Origin: Octopus sinensis
Lineage: Eukaryota
Direction of reading: 5' to 3'
Assembly: GCF_006345805.1 (NCBI RefSeq)
Contig: NC_043010.1
Coordinates: 63,302,001 to 63,366,000, forward strand
DNA length: 64,000 bases
How positions within the stretch are numbered: position 1 is the stretch's first letter; every line of letters begins with the position of its first letter. This document shows, piece by piece, positions 12,060 through 26,520 of this stretch. The translations under genes and the position numbers were made by a program. The notes under the pieces were generated by a model. The model worked only from the letters and a program-made list of their open reading frames with translations. It was not told the DNA's origin and did no database searches.

Positions 12060-13979
12060 CTAATTAAACACGAAAGTGTTTAGTTACAAAGAAATTATTT
12101 TTAAAATCTGCCGGTCAAAGCGAAAAGATCCCGATTTTATACTCATATGCATTGTTTATTAAATATTGATGCATAATCTTTATATCATATGTGTATATAT
12201 ATATACATATAAAATATATATGACAATTTATTAGAAAAGTAGATAGATAGAGAGAGAGATACAAAGATAGATAGCAAGAGAGATTCACTTTGTTTCCTCC
12301 TCTCCTTCTATCTATCCTAGGCTTCTCTTTGACTGTCATATTTTAAACCACTTTCTCTTAATTCTTTGTTTCTCTAGCAACCTCTCCCCCCACTCTCTCC
12401 CTCTCTGCTCTTCCAATTCTCTAATCCTTCTTTTGCTTATTCAGTCATTCCCTCCTACTCACCCCATCCTTTCTCTTCCTCCTACTCTCTCTGTATATCT
12501 GATATCCAACTTGATGTCGTTATCCAACCGTCCATTTATTGATTTTAATTTTCGATTTTCAAACGATTTGCTTAAAATTATTGATTTCTTTTGACAGAGG
12601 GAATGAGGCCTAAGGAGAGGAAATAAGATCTGTGAAGTGCACGCTTTTCTCAAGGCTATCAGCAATTAGCTTAACATGATTAAACGAATTTTTCTCTAGA
12701 AGTAAAATAATAAATTTTGACATATAGGCCTAGGGGTCATACGTTGTGGCGGAGATGGGGAAAAGATGTAGTCTTTATATAGATTACACATAAGCTAAAT
12801 GGATCCCCATTACTAGAATTGTGGTTTTTATAGTGACAACAGTGTGATTCGAACTCAAAATGAAAGGGGACCTAACCGCAAGATCCCAAAACGGATCATT
12901 TTATCCGCCGTACTACCAATTTTAATACCGCCATCCTTATAATAATTGGTTTTAATATAGGCATAAGGCCAACAATTTTAAGATGGAGATAGTCAATCCT
13001 ATCGACTCTGCTATTATTTTATTTTATCAATAGAATGAAAAGTGATTTTTTAAAGGATTTGAATGCAGAACGGAAAGAACTGTACGAAATACTGCCCAGC
13101 ATTTTGCCGTTTTAACTTTTGTCAACCTATCGGCCTCACCTCTAATAATTCTTTCCACTATAAGTATAGAGGCGAAGAGAGGAGTAGTCGATTATATGGA
13201 CCTCAGTATTTAACTGGTATTTTATTTATTCACCCCTGAAAGAATAAAGACAAGCTGACCATAGCGGTATTTGAATTTTGAACATAGAGCCGCAAGAGAT
13301 ACAGCTAAGCATGTCCGATGTTCTAACTATTCTGTCAACCCCGTCTCCTTCATTAGTATAGTCAGACAGAGGACCACATTTTCCAATGGGTTTTTTTTTT
13401 TTTTTTACTTTTCTGCACTAATGCTTCAGAGAAATTGAAAATAAGGCCATTCCTAGTGTACTATTCAGAAAAACCCAGAGCCTTGAAGAACATTAACAAG
13501 AATTGACTCAGAGAGCCTCCAGCAGAAGGCCTGGGTTTTGAGGAACCTGTTAACTGTATGGTTTACTGATGAGTTTCTTGTTATTGTTTGTGACTATCTT
13601 CTTCCAATAATAATCTATATAAATTTCCCTTAAGTTTTGATAATGGTGTTGGAAATAGACTCATTGCAATTAGACCTTGTATGTCTGGGTAACCAGTAAC
13701 TCAGCATCACGGAAGTGTTCAGCTGTATTTCTAAGAGTAGATCTATATTTTATGTAGAAGCCACCTCACATTCCATCACATTAAAACAATATATATATTA
13801 AACCTGACATTTTTTTTTACCAAACAATGAAAAGAACAATTTTGCGTATATGTGAAAGTATTTCTAACGTATTTTTTATTTGCATATACAATAGTTTGTC
13901 TGATGTATGGTCGAATATGACCTAACATAAGTAATGTATATAGCAGAAAAAAGTTTTTAGCTGACGTTATATCCATAAT

Positions 13980-14340
13980 AGGCGCAGGAGTGGCTGTGTG
14001 GTAACTAGCTTGCTAACCAACCACATGGTTTCGAGTCCAGTCCCACTGCGTGGCACCTTGAGCAAGTGTCTTCTATATAACCTCGGGGAGACCAAAGCCT
14101 TCGGATTGGATTTGGTAGATGGAAACTGAAAGAAGCCTGTCGTATATATGTGTATGTGTGTTTGTATATGTTTGTGTGCCCCCGTCATAGCTTGACAACC
14201 GATGTTGATGTGTTGACGTCCCTGTAGCTAAGCAGTTCGGCAAGAGAGACGATAGAATAAGTCCTGGGGTCGAATTGTTCGACTAAAGGCGGTGCATCAG
14301 CATGGTCGCAGTCAAATGACCGAAACAAATAAAAGAATAA
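13980..14340 (+). mobile_element. SINE family A copy
   Basis: Head ggcgcaggagtggctgtgtggtaac with A/B-box-like motifs; tail gtcaaatgaccgaaacaaataaaagaata. Confidence 0.85.
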
Positions 14341-14923
14341 TGAGTAAGAAAAATTACGTGTTAACGACAATTCTTGAGAAAAGGGACAAGGGAAAGAACT
14401 CTGAAATACAAATTGATTAAATATTGAGACATTCTGAGTCTTACTTTTTTTTTTTTTCGGTACCAAGTGAGTGCTGGTGCAACACTCTTTCCCTTCAACT
14501 GTCATATCCTGATTGTAGCCCTTGGTCAAAGAGTGGTGGAGTTGAGAGAGCATCTGTCTCTGCTTGCAACAATATAGATATCTAAATGAATTTGGGAAAG
14601 CATGTTCCATGTTATCAAGCCATACTCCGTTGCAAGTAAGCGCTGGTTTTGTGTGTGTGTGTGTGTGTGACATATTCTTTTTCTTTCCTTCTTTTACTTT
14701 TTTCAGTCATTTGACTGTGACCAAGCTGGAGCACTGCCTCGAAGGGTTTTAGTTAAACAAATCGACCCCAGGACTTATGCTTTCTTTTCAGCCTAGTACT
14801 TATTCTATCAGTCTCCTTTGCTGAACCACTAAGTTACAGGGATGTAAACATACCAACATCAGTTAATTGTCAAGTGGAGATGGAGGGACATACACAGACA
14901 AATGCACAGATATATATGTATAT

Positions 14924-14971
<48 letters not shown>

Positions 14972-15202
14972 TATACATATATATATATATACATATATAT
15001 ATATGTATGTAGGCGATGGGATTCTTTCAGTTTCCATCCATCACATACACTCGCAAGGATTTGGTTGGCCCAAGGCTACACTATAAGATATTTTCCCAAA
15101 GTGCCATACAGTGGGAATGAACCTAGAACCAAGTGGTTGGGAAGCAAGCCTCTTACCACACAGCCACACTTGCACCTATATATATGTGTGTGTGTATATA
15201 TA

Positions 15203-15488
15203 TCACGTGACCGACCAGGCTATCAGATGTTGCTACACATTGCTGGTCACAATGCGTAGGCATTGTTTTAGCCTTCGAATGATGCCACCCCGCTGGCTAA
15301 GCGAGCAGGCCAACAGAAGAAAGTGTAAGAGAAAGAGTACAGCAGGGATCACCACCCCCTGCCAGAGCCTCGTGGAGCTTTAAGGTGTTTTCGCTCAATA
15401 AACACACACAACACCCGGTCCGGGAATCGAAACCGCGATCCTTCGACCGCGAGTTCGCTGCCCTAACCACTAGGCCATTGCGCCTCCA
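15203..15488 (-). mobile_element. tRNA-headed SINE, family C
   Basis: Reverse complement head tggaggcgcaatggcctagtggttagggcagcg...ggtttcgattccc with A and B boxes. Confidence 0.8.
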
Positions 15489-17402
15489 CGTGTATATATA
15501 TACTTAATCATATCGAAGGGAAATGGAAATTAATAGAAATTTTCACTTCCAGTGGCCTAGCGTGTAAAAATTTAGTCCAAAGACTATGTATTACTCATAA
15601 AATACAGTGTACATTTAAACACATAGGAGGAATCCACTCAGAGGGATTCCTCATGCTAGAAAGAACAGCTAGGTTCCAAAACCACAAAATTAGGGATAAA
15701 ATCCTGAAAGGAATGAAAATCAGAAACCAATTGGTCCAGGAAACTAGATGGTAAAAGTTTATTATATTTTCATTTCATTCCTTCTATGGGATTTGAAATG
15801 TTTGAGACAGATTTGGTAGTTGAGGAAATTGAGTTTGGGCAATTTTGATGATTTTGAGGTGAATGAAGAGAGCATAAACGATAAGGTTGGAAAGTAATTA
15901 AGAGAAGTGACCATTGGCAGTCTGAAGGTGATACACAAGGAAGAGGCTGAATCTTTTTAAAAAGGACCGGACTGTGATGAAGAGGATCTAAATGAAAAAA
16001 AAGGAAAAGGAAAAAAGAACCATTGCAGGAGAAAAGGTGGACAAGATATATGTCTAGTTGTCTAATATGAACTCACATTGTGGGGACATAGCATCGTAGT
16101 AAATCTCTATCAGAGAATGTCGAATCAGGTGTGAACTATTTTCGTGATTAAGTGTTGCAATCACTTTTGGACTCTCCACAAAAATAGACTATGGCAATCC
16201 ACACTGCATAATTTTTTTAAAGAATGATCTGAAGACTATCTATGTTTTTTTTTCTTTTTTTCTTCAATAAAAGAACATTCAGATGATTCTTGTGAAGAAG
16301 GAAGTAGTCCCCCCCCCCCCAACACTCTGCTGTCTTTCACGCTCAAAACACAAGCAGGAAATTGTGATTTTTCAATTGCTGATTTATAATTTTATCTTTA
16401 AATTATTCATTTATTTCATTGAATAATTCCTTTATCATATAGTCGCATGGATTCAAAGTGTTACTATATATCACACAGATTGAAACTCACCATGAGTTTA
16501 AATAGATATCTAATGTGCAAGTCTTTTTATCATGTGATAACATCTGTTTATGTCCATTAGCTGTAATACACATCCTTTTACTTGTTTCAGTCACTTGACT
16601 ACAGCCATGCTGGAGCACCACCTTGAAGGGTTTTAGTTGAATAAATCAACCCAAGGACTTGATTTTTTAAGCCTAGCACTTATTCTGTTGGTCTCTTTTG
16701 CTGAACTGCTAAGTTATGGGGATATAAACACACCAACACCGGTTGTCAAATAGTGATGGTGGGGGACAGACACAAACACATGACAGGATTCTTTCAGTTT
16801 CTGCCTACCAAATCCACTCAGTAGGCTGTGGTTGACCCAAGACTATATTGAAAGACACTTGCCCAAGGTGCCACGCAGTGGGATTGAACCTGGACCCATG
16901 TGGTTGGGAAGCAACCTTGTTACCACACAGCCATGCCTGCACTTACATATATATTTTCCATCAAAAACAACTTTTACTTGGATGGAGCTTTGCTGAGGCT
17001 CCCCTCTGTTTCAACTCTTGTACACAGCACATATCTACTCACCCTCCAACCCCAGCATCACTCCAAACCGAAAGTTCTGCACCCAAAACGAAAAGAAGAG
17101 TTTCAACTTGTGATGGTTAGATTGATGTTTGATGTTCAACCATTCCTGAAAGAGAGTCTGTGAGTTCCTTTAATGTCAGATAGTGGGCCCTGCCACATTG
17201 TTACCCCACTACAGAAAACAGCATTAGCATGTCAAGTGTTCATCTTGTTAGGAGTTTACATTCATGTGTTTTTAATTGTAATATAGAATAGGCAATAGCT
17301 CACACTAACTGATTGCTTTGCTGAAGTAATATTACCTAAGAATAACAATATGGAATGAGCACAAGAAGAAAAGAGTCTATGATGTCCAAGTATTTCAAAT
17401 AA

Positions 17403-17850
17403 TCTCTATATATATAAACGGCAAAACGTCTGCATACATGTCCTTTATACAAATCCACAATTTTTCAGTTAGAGAGCTCACACTTTCTATGGTGATTCAA
17501 AACCGTCCAAGGGTGGTTGTGCACATTTTTACATTTCCCCAGTCACCCTGTAAAGCCATTAATCAATAGAAGCGACTTTTTTGTGAATTTTTTATCCAAA
17601 ACCCAAGCAAAATACCCAAAACTTGATACACCAATTGAATGCCAGCTAGCTGTATGTGATTGGTCGGAGATTTGGACAGTACTCGCGTGTATGTGCACAC
17701 ACACGCAACTGTATATGCATGGACTAGCACTATGACCCGGCGTTGCTTGCTAAGTCCCTTGCTTGTTGTTTTTTTGGATTTTACAAGTCTATTTACTAAT
17801 TACTGGAGAACTAAAAGATTTTATACATATGAGACCCCACCAATTCGTAT
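17403..17850. mobile_element. Helitron-like relics: a + strand 5' end and a - strand 3' end
   Basis: A|TCTCTATATATATAAAC at 17403. The minus strand at about 17723-17746 reads gcaacgccgggtcatagtgCTAGT, matching the 3' end of the 41578-41968 Helitron. Confidence 0.5.
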
Positions 17851-19067
17851 TTAGATGCTTGTTATTAGGAAAGGCATTGAGCTGTAGAAACAATTGGTGC
17901 AGTCATCTTGCTTGTCATTTCTCATTGACCTGACTAATCCATGCCAGCAAAGAAAACTGGACAAAGAAACATGAAACAATGATGAGGATCATAATGGTGA
18001 ATGTGTGGTCAAGAAATTTACTTTCCAGCCATGTGATTTAGAGTTTCGTCCGACTGTGTAACACCTTGGGCAAGTGTCTTCTGTTATAACTCTTGGCCAA
18101 GTAAAAGCCTTATGAGTGGATTACGTAGACTGAAATTGAAAGAAGTTTGTCACATATATATATATATATGTGTGTGTGTGTGTATATATATTGCTCTTAG
18201 CTTAGACTTTTTGGAAGGGCAACCAGATCGAACAGTCTTTACTGAGTACTTTCCATATGGCACTAACACCAGTTCTTTTTTATGAGATACCAGCACCAGT
18301 GCTCTTGATGTGGAACCAAGACCAGTGCTTTTTATGTGGCACAAGCAGAGGATCAGTTTTATCCAACTGACATGTCTTTCTGTTGACATTTGTCCTCTTC
18401 TTTACGGTGTCTGTTAATAAATTTGTTAACTTCATCCATTCACTTACCCAATTGTTCATCTTTCGGTCTCTCTTATGCTAAGCACTGATCCCTCCCCCCC
18501 ATTTACGACTGACACACTGCCAATTTCCTCTCAGTTTCTGCTGTTAGGGTCCCTGTCTCTTATCCATAAATGACTGCTGTTGTTATGCATTGGTCTAGGC
18601 TACTTGTTGTGAGGCAGACTGGAAGGTTTGATTTCACAATGCTGCTGAGATGGTCGAAAGAGACCTGACCCTGTATGAATCTCCTCTTTATTTCCTTTTC
18701 TTGGTCTTTTTCATTCATTCTTATTCTCTGTCCCCGCTGTTCATTGTTTGATTCTCTTCCAATAAATGCTGTAGATTTTATCTTTATTAAGAAGTAGTTG
18801 ATGATACATTCGGTCACTCTTCAGATTTTCACACCACAGGACGATGCTGCAATGCAGAAATTATGTTGGTAAGAAACACATTGTGTCATTAATTACTGGT
18901 TTAGAGGGGTCAGGAGGGGGTAGGCTGTTGGTATTGCTAGATGACACCGCATCTATGCAGGAGAGAGAACTGGGTTCATCTGTGAGTGTCGGGGGTGGGG
19001 AAAACCCAGCTTCAGTCCGGAGGTTCTGACTTTGAGAAATTTCAGTGGTTTTTCAAATTTTGCACAT

Positions 19068-19390
19068 TTAGTCCAGATGAATATTCTCTCTCCAATAGTA
19101 GCAGAGAGTTAGTATCTCAGATCTTCTGTTCAGTGATCTTGGTGGCTGTTTCAAGATCTGGAACTTTCCAGTTAAGTGTATTCTGTGATTTCCAGCTTCA
19201 TTCATGTATTGGGTCACTCCAATTAAAATATTCCAAGTTATGGGAGCATGTTTGGTGTCACAGTCCTTTGGTTTCCAAATGAACTGTGATAGAAAGATGG
19301 AATTTCCTTTCTTTTGGTATCTCAACCTGAATAAGTGCATATGACAGTTATATTTACTCTTAAATGTTACTTCTTTTACCACCTAAGAGA
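19068..19390 (-). mobile_element. Penelope-like element relic, GIY-YIG endonuclease C-terminal half
   Basis: TFKSKYNCHMHLF...LSQFIWK..ITWNIL...LNRRSEIL matches the FK.RY..H..SF / LS.YIW.LK / I.W.IL / LN.RSE pattern of Penelope-type endonucleases. Catalytic N-terminal motifs are not intact. Confidence 0.65.
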
Positions 19391-19903
19391 GACATGATTT
19401 TCTAAAGTTAGTAGTTTGAAGGGTTTCTTATTCTACAACTCGGATGTTGGAGTGTGGTGTGTATATATGCATGTGTGTGTGTGTCTAAGATTATTGTGTG
19501 AGATCTACAAAGCATTGCTATCCAGGTAACAATAGCCTACTTTACCTTTATTAATATTGAAAACTTTATAGTATTTATGTGTTTGGAAAATAGGACTTTG
19601 TTATGGATAGAGAGTATCTAACACTATGCTGACGGTGATTAGTGAATTGAACCAAACTATTATCCCCTTTTTGATTATGCTGGTGTATGGAGCAAAGATT
19701 GCTTGCATACCTGTTAGATGATAAAATCACCACATGTTAGTGCATCATGTTAAAACTGTTCAAGGCGATAGAGTGGAAATTCTAATTACAAAATCTACAA
19801 AGTTGACTATGGCTGAGAGTGGTTTCGCTTCGGTATGCAAATATGACCCTTTCATTTGAGCTTTTGTTGGGTTCATATCTAGGGTAACATATTTTCATAA
19901 GTG

Positions 19904-20289
19904 GTGGAAGCACTCTGTCGGTTACGATGACGAGGGTTCCGGTTGATCCGAATCAACGGTACAGCCTGCTCGTGAAATTAATGTGTAAGTGGCTGAGCAC
20001 TCCACAGACACGTGTATCCTTAACGTAGTTCTCGGGGATATTCAGCGTGACACAGAGAGTGACAAGGCTGGCCCTTTGAAGTACAGGTACAACAGAAACA
20101 GGAAGTAAGAGTGAGAGAAAGTTGTGGTGAAAGAGTACAGCAGGGATCACCACCATCCCTGCCGGAGCCTCGTGGAGCTTTTAGGTGTTTTCGCTCAATA
20201 AACACTCACAATGCCCGGTCTGGGAATCGAAACCGCGATCCTATGACCGCGAGTCCGCTGACCTAACCACTGGGCCATTGTGCCTCCAC
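19904..20289 (-). mobile_element. SINE family C copy with 13-bp TSD
   Basis: TSD ATTTTCATAAGTG at 19891-19903 and 20290-20302; tRNA-like head. Confidence 0.88.
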
Positions 20290-20949
20290 ATTTTCATAAG
20301 TGACTATCTTTAGGTTGGTGCTAATAATGATGCTAAAACTGATAATTCAGATCCATTTTGTTCTTGATCTATCCACAGTGTGTGACTGTTCTAACAGATG
20401 ATTCCTCAACAATTATCTGTGTGTGCGCACATTATATATATGTATATATATATATTTATATATATCTATGACTTGCATGTTATATAACCTCAAGTTATAT
20501 AACACAGATACGATATAAAAACATATGTATGTGTGTATGTGTGTGGATCACATATATATGATAAATATTATAACACAAATTCATAATGCACCAAAAAATA
20601 AAGTAAATATCAAAAAATATATCAATGGAAACTGAAAACAATGTTTATAAAAAAAATCAAACTCCATCCTGCATGACAGAATCGGAATTTATCAAACAAA
20701 AAAAAAAATACTACAAAGGACAAACCAATAAATTATATAAAAAAATAAAACATGGATTATCTACAATAATGTTGGTATATTTTGTTATTTTTATTTTTTG
20801 TTGTTGGTTGGTAGGGTTGGGTGAGTGGATGGGTGGGGCTGGGGGGTAGTGATGTTCATGGGATTATAGGAGACGGGGGCGGAGGGGGGGGCTGATGTTT
20901 GTTGCCGATTAGATCGAATACAAAGATGAAAAGCATGAAGCAGAACATA

Positions 20950-20974
20950 AAAAGAAGCTATATATATATGTATA

Positions 20975-21027
<53 letters not shown>

Positions 21028-21602
21028 ATGTATATATATATATATATATATGTATTATATATATATATATATGTATGTATATATATATATATACACATAT
21101 ATATATATATAGATATATATATATATGTATGTATATATATAATATATATATGTATGTATATGTATATATATATATATATGTATATATATGTATATACATA
21201 TATATATATATATGTACATATATGTATATATAAATACATACATAGATATAAACATATATATATGTATGCGCATATATACATGGTGTATGTATATAACCAA
21301 ATGTTGTAGAGGAGAAAAAAATATTAATAAAAATAACAAGACAAAAATATGTAAAAAAATTTTTTTTTAAAAAAAACAACAACTTATGTTTCAAAACTTT
21401 TCTTTTTAAAGACAACAGCAACAACAACAACAATAAGGAAACTATGAAAAGTGAATAAATAGTTTTGTTTGATATTTTTTTTATTGTTATTTTCTTGCTC
21501 TCTTTCCTGCCCACCAGAAAGAAAAATGGAAAAAAAAGAGCCAAATAGAATATATATATATAATACATATACATACATATATATGTGTACATATACATAC
21601 GA

Positions 21603-21654
<52 letters not shown>

Positions 21655-21656
21655 CC

Positions 21657-21687
<31 letters not shown>

Positions 21688-21860
21688 CATACATATACAC
21701 ATGCACACACACACATACATATGTAAATGTATGAAATGAAAATATATATATATTAATATAAATACATACATATGTTTATATATATGTGTGTGTGCGTGTG
21801 TATATATAAATATATATATATGTAAAGGTATGTATGTATGCATTTATATTTGTGTGTGTA
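20950..21860. repeat. Compound (TA)n/(TG)n/(CA)n microsatellite blocks
   Basis: Direct inspection; source of the poly-YI ORF artefacts. Confidence 0.95.
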
Positions 21861-22477
21861 TCTCACTCATCCTCGAATGTTGAGTGAAATCAAGGATTAA
21901 AATTTAGCAACAACAGTGGTAGTGGAGTCATTGGTGGTGGTGGTGGTCATCATCATGGTTGCTGTGCCAAAAGCAGGTGTGTTGCTGTTGTATTAACAAC
22001 AATCAATGATGGTGATGATGACTGACGGCTGAATGTAGGGACTCTCTCTATCTTTGGGGATGAACAAATATCTTATGATAAGCCACCAGTAAGGTAGTCA
22101 ACTAGATTTAGGATCACTCCATGATGAATGAAAATCAGATTGGGGAATGGAAGGTGGGAAGGAGGGAGCTGGGCTCCCTTTACCGCCTTTTTTACTATGA
22201 GCCCCAGGACACATGAGGTTGGAGTTTAACCTGGTTTCTATGGTGTGTAAGCAACTGAAATTACTCCTGGACTCACCCCTGGACAAGATGCCAGTCACTC
22301 GCAGGGTTAACTTTCCCAACTATTGCTGGAATTCATTTACAACTGAAATGACCGGAGCAATATGAAGCGAAGTATTTAGCTCAAGAATACAATGCACTGC
22401 CAAGACCAGGAATGAAAAACCACATCTTAGAATCATGATTGCACCACCCTGACCACAATACCTCATGGCTTCATTAT

Positions 22478-22860
22478 TTACTCTTTACTCTTTTACTTGT
22501 TTCAGTCATTTGACTGCGGCCATGCTGGAGCACCGCCTTTAGTCGAGCAAATCGACTCCGGGACTTATTTTTGTAAGCCCAGTACTTATTCTATCGGTCT
22601 CTTTTGCCGAACCGCTAAGTGACGGGGACGTAAACACACCAGCATCGGTTGTCAAGCAATGCTAGGGAGACAAACAGACACAAACACACATATATATATA
22701 CATATATACGACAGGCTTCTTTCAGTTTCCGTCTACCAAATCCACTCACAAGGCATTGGTCGGCCTGGGGCTATAGCAGAAGACACTTGCCCAAGATGCC
22801 ACACAGTGGGATTGAACCCGGAACCATGTGGTTGGTTAGCAAGCTACTTACCACACAGCC
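22478..22860 (-). mobile_element. SINE family A copy (young, CpG-intact)
   Basis: Near-consensus match to the other copies, with a (TTACTC)-like tail. Confidence 0.88.
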
Positions 22861-23170
22861 ATAACCTTTAACTTTTCGTTCTTAAATAGCAAAGTAGTGA
22901 AGGTTACTTCATCCATATAAGTCCTTGCTGAAATGTTTCACTAAAACTACTGAACCCCAGCCCCAATTATATACCAAACATATATCACAATCTGTCCACT
23001 TACAATAAAATCTCTGGTTTTTTCCTTTCAAAAAGTTTATGGCTTAGTGAGATGACACAGGACAATATGGCCTACACAAACGGAGGAATGGTATATTCAA
23101 ACCAGACCCCAACCAAATACTTGCAATGGACTGGACTCTGCTAAAGACACCCGATGGTCAGGAGGTAGTG

Positions 23171-23652
23171 TTAACCCTTTCATTACTGTATTTATTTTGA
23201 GATGTTTCGTGTTTCTTTCAATTAATTTTAAATATAACAAAGAATTTAGTCAAATAACTTAGTTATCGTTAAGCTAGTGTTAGGAACATAAATTGTGACT
23301 AAGGTTTGGTGGAAGATTTTAATTCAAAACTTATGAAAACAAGACATTTGTACTACAGAGCCAGAGCTGGTTTCAGCTGGGTTGGTAACAAAAGGGTTAA
23401 GAATTGTTTCTCTATTATATATTTTAACCCTTTTGTTACAATATTTCTGTTGAGATGCTCTGTATTTCTTTCAATTAATTTTAAATATAACAAAGAATTT
23501 AGTCAAATAACTCAGTTATCATTCAGCTAGTGTTAGGAACATAAATTGTGACTAAGGTTTGGTGGAAGATTTTCATTCAAAACTTATGAAAACAAGACAT
23601 TTGTATTCAGATCCAGAGTTGGTTTCAGCCAGGTTGGGAACGAAAGGGTTAA
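23171..23652. mobile_element. Second copy of the piggyBac-type MITE dimer, inverted relative to 7771-8226
   Basis: TTAA-CCCTTT...AAAGGG-TTAA monomers (23171-23400, 23424-23652) with the same 23-nt spacer (22/23 identical). Confidence 0.8.
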
Positions 23653-23924
23653 ACCTGGTGAACAGATAATGACTACCACTCGCGTGACGTACAACTGGTC
23701 ACTTTAGATCAGTGGTTCTCAGTTAGGGTCAATATAAGATTTTTAGAGGTTCATGCTAACAAAATGGTAAATTGGGGATCCACAGTAGAATTTTAAGGAT
23801 CCATGAAGAATTTTGCTTTGGGTGTATCTATTGCAAGAAACAGCTTGGTTTGTTCCTCTTATATTTTACATAGTTCAACCCACACAACTGTACCACTACC
23901 ACTGATGCCACTACACATTATGCA

Positions 23925-23974
<50 letters not shown>

Positions 23975-24024
23975 CATACACACACACACACATATATGTA
24001 TAGCATTCAAATATACACACATTG

Positions 24025-24058
<34 letters not shown>

Positions 24059-24589
24059 TTATACATACATATATATATATATATATACACACATATGTTA
24101 CATATAAACAGCACAAACTCATATATGTATGTATGTATATGTATATATATTAGTCTCTCTGTTGGAAAACACACTCAAGATATGGAACATTACAGAAAAA
24201 ATCCTAAAGAAAAGAAAAAAAAGAAACAACAAAAATAAAACAAGAAACAACAAAACCTTTGACATTAAATGACACCGAGGTGGGGGAAGGGGGTAAATAT
24301 TAGAAGTTGGCATGGCTGCCTGGTTTAGGGGTCAGCCATCAAAGGAAGTTCATATTAGAAGACAGGCTCTCTCTTAAGGGGCTACATAAAAACCCCTTTC
24401 AGGAGATATTAGCATCATATTAGCATCTTATTAGCAGATGTTATTAGGTTAGTCCTTGGTTAGGTGTGTGTGGTGCGAGGGGTAAGGGTATGGCAGGGAT
24501 TGGGGAAGGGGGAGGAGATAGGACGGGGGTGGTGGTGGGGTGAAGCGGGGGGAGGAGGTCACCATATGTATTTGATATTTTCCAATAGT

Positions 24590-24912
24590 AATAATAATAA
24601 TAATAATAATCCTTCCTACTATAGGTACAAGGCCTGAAATTGTTGGGGAGGGAGCTAGTCAGTTACATCAATAATAATAATGGTCTCAAATTTTGGCACG
24701 AGGCCAGTAATTTCGAGGTGGGGTGGGGGTGGGGAGTTAAGTCAATTACATCGATCCCCAGAGTTCAACTGGTACATATTTTATTCCCCCCCCCCAAAAA
24801 AAGATGAAAGGCAAAGTTGACCTTGGCAGAATTTGAACTCACAATGTACAGATGGATGAAAATGCTGCTAAGCACTTTGTCCAGTGGCCTACCAGTTCTG
24901 CCAGCTTGCCAA

Positions 24913-24951
<39 letters not shown>

Positions 24952-25589
24952 AAATAATAATAATAATAATAACTGATTCTGATTTAGGCACAAAGCCAGC
25001 AATTTTTTTGAGGAGAGAGGATTAGCTGATACTATGAAACCCAGTACAATAATAATAATAATAATAATAATAACAACAGTAACAAGAACAATTTGTGTGG
25101 TACAAAGCAATATGTAAGAGGTGAGGGATGGGGAGGTATGGGAAGGGGCGGGATGGGAGGTAGTGGGTCGGGGGGGGGGGAAGAGGAAGGTGTATAGTTA
25201 GCTGACTTGAACCCAGAGGAACAAAAGGCAAAGTCGACCCCAACAACGTTTGAACCTGGAAGTGGTGATCACCAGACTAGGCGTTTCCTCTCAGTGTCTT
25301 TCTTTCCCCAAGTGCCAACTCCACTAAGTTTCTCACATGATGATGATGATGATAATAATAATAATAATGATTTCAAATCTTGGCACAAAGCCAGAATGAT
25401 AATAATAATAATAGTAACAACAACAATAATAATAATAATATTCATACAGATGACGATGATAATAAAAAAAAAGGTTTTAAGTCAGGCACAAAGCCCTTAT
25501 GAAAGGCAAATAGTAAGTGTCTTGTTTAAGGACATGGTAAAACATCTACAGCAGAAAGAGTTGAAAATTCAACAGCGAGGATGGTGGAA

Positions 25590-25623
<34 letters not shown>

Positions 25624-26028
25624 GTTTCAAATTTGAGTTTTGCCACAAGGGCAGCAAGTTTGGGGAAGAGGGATAGTCGACCCCAGTACTTGACTGGTAC
25701 TTAATTTATCAACCCCTGAAAGGATCAAAGGTAAAGTCGACCTTGGTGGAATTTGAACTCAGGACGTAGTGACAGACAAAATACCATTAACCATTTCATC
25801 CACCAGCACGCTGCCCTAATAATAATTTCCAATTTTGGCAATTTTGGGCGAAGGGGTCAGTTGATGAAATTGACCCCAGCAGTGCTCAACTTGTACTTAT
25901 TTTATCGACCCTGAAAGAATGAAAGGCAAAGTCGACCTCGGTGGAATTTGAACTCAGAATGTCAAGACAGACAAAATACTGCTAAGCATTTTGCCTAGTG
26001 TGCTAACGATTCTACCAAGCTTACCACC

Positions 26029-26079
<51 letters not shown>

Positions 26080-26471
26080 TGGTTTCAGATTTTGACACGA
26101 AGTCAGCAAACTTTTAGCAGGGTTGGTTACTCAATTCCACCAACGCCAGGCCAGCGCTGAACTGATCCTTATTTTATCAATTCAGAAAGAATCACTGGCA
26201 TTTGAACTCAGAATGTAAAGATCAAAAATGCCGCTAAACATCTTGTCTGACATTCTGCTGGCTCACTTTGGCAGAGGGCCAGTATTTTAAGGAGAGGGGT
26301 TTAGTTGGTTACAGCAACCCCAGTGTTCAGCTGGTACTTTATTTTAGCGACCCTCGAAGGGATGAAAGGCAAAGTTGACCTTGGCAGGATTTGAGCTCAG
26401 CACAAACAGGGTGGAGAAATGCCACTAAGCACTTTCTCTGAAATGAGAATGATTTTGCCAGCTTGCCACCC

Positions 26472-26520
<49 letters not shown>

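Noticed and set aside
20899-21843. Long ORFs rich in YI/HT/VC dipeptides (also 11637-12083, 27354-27712, 31655-32129, 61026-61829)
   Set aside because: Translations of (TA)n/(CA)n microsatellites, which lack stops in several frames; no coding signal.
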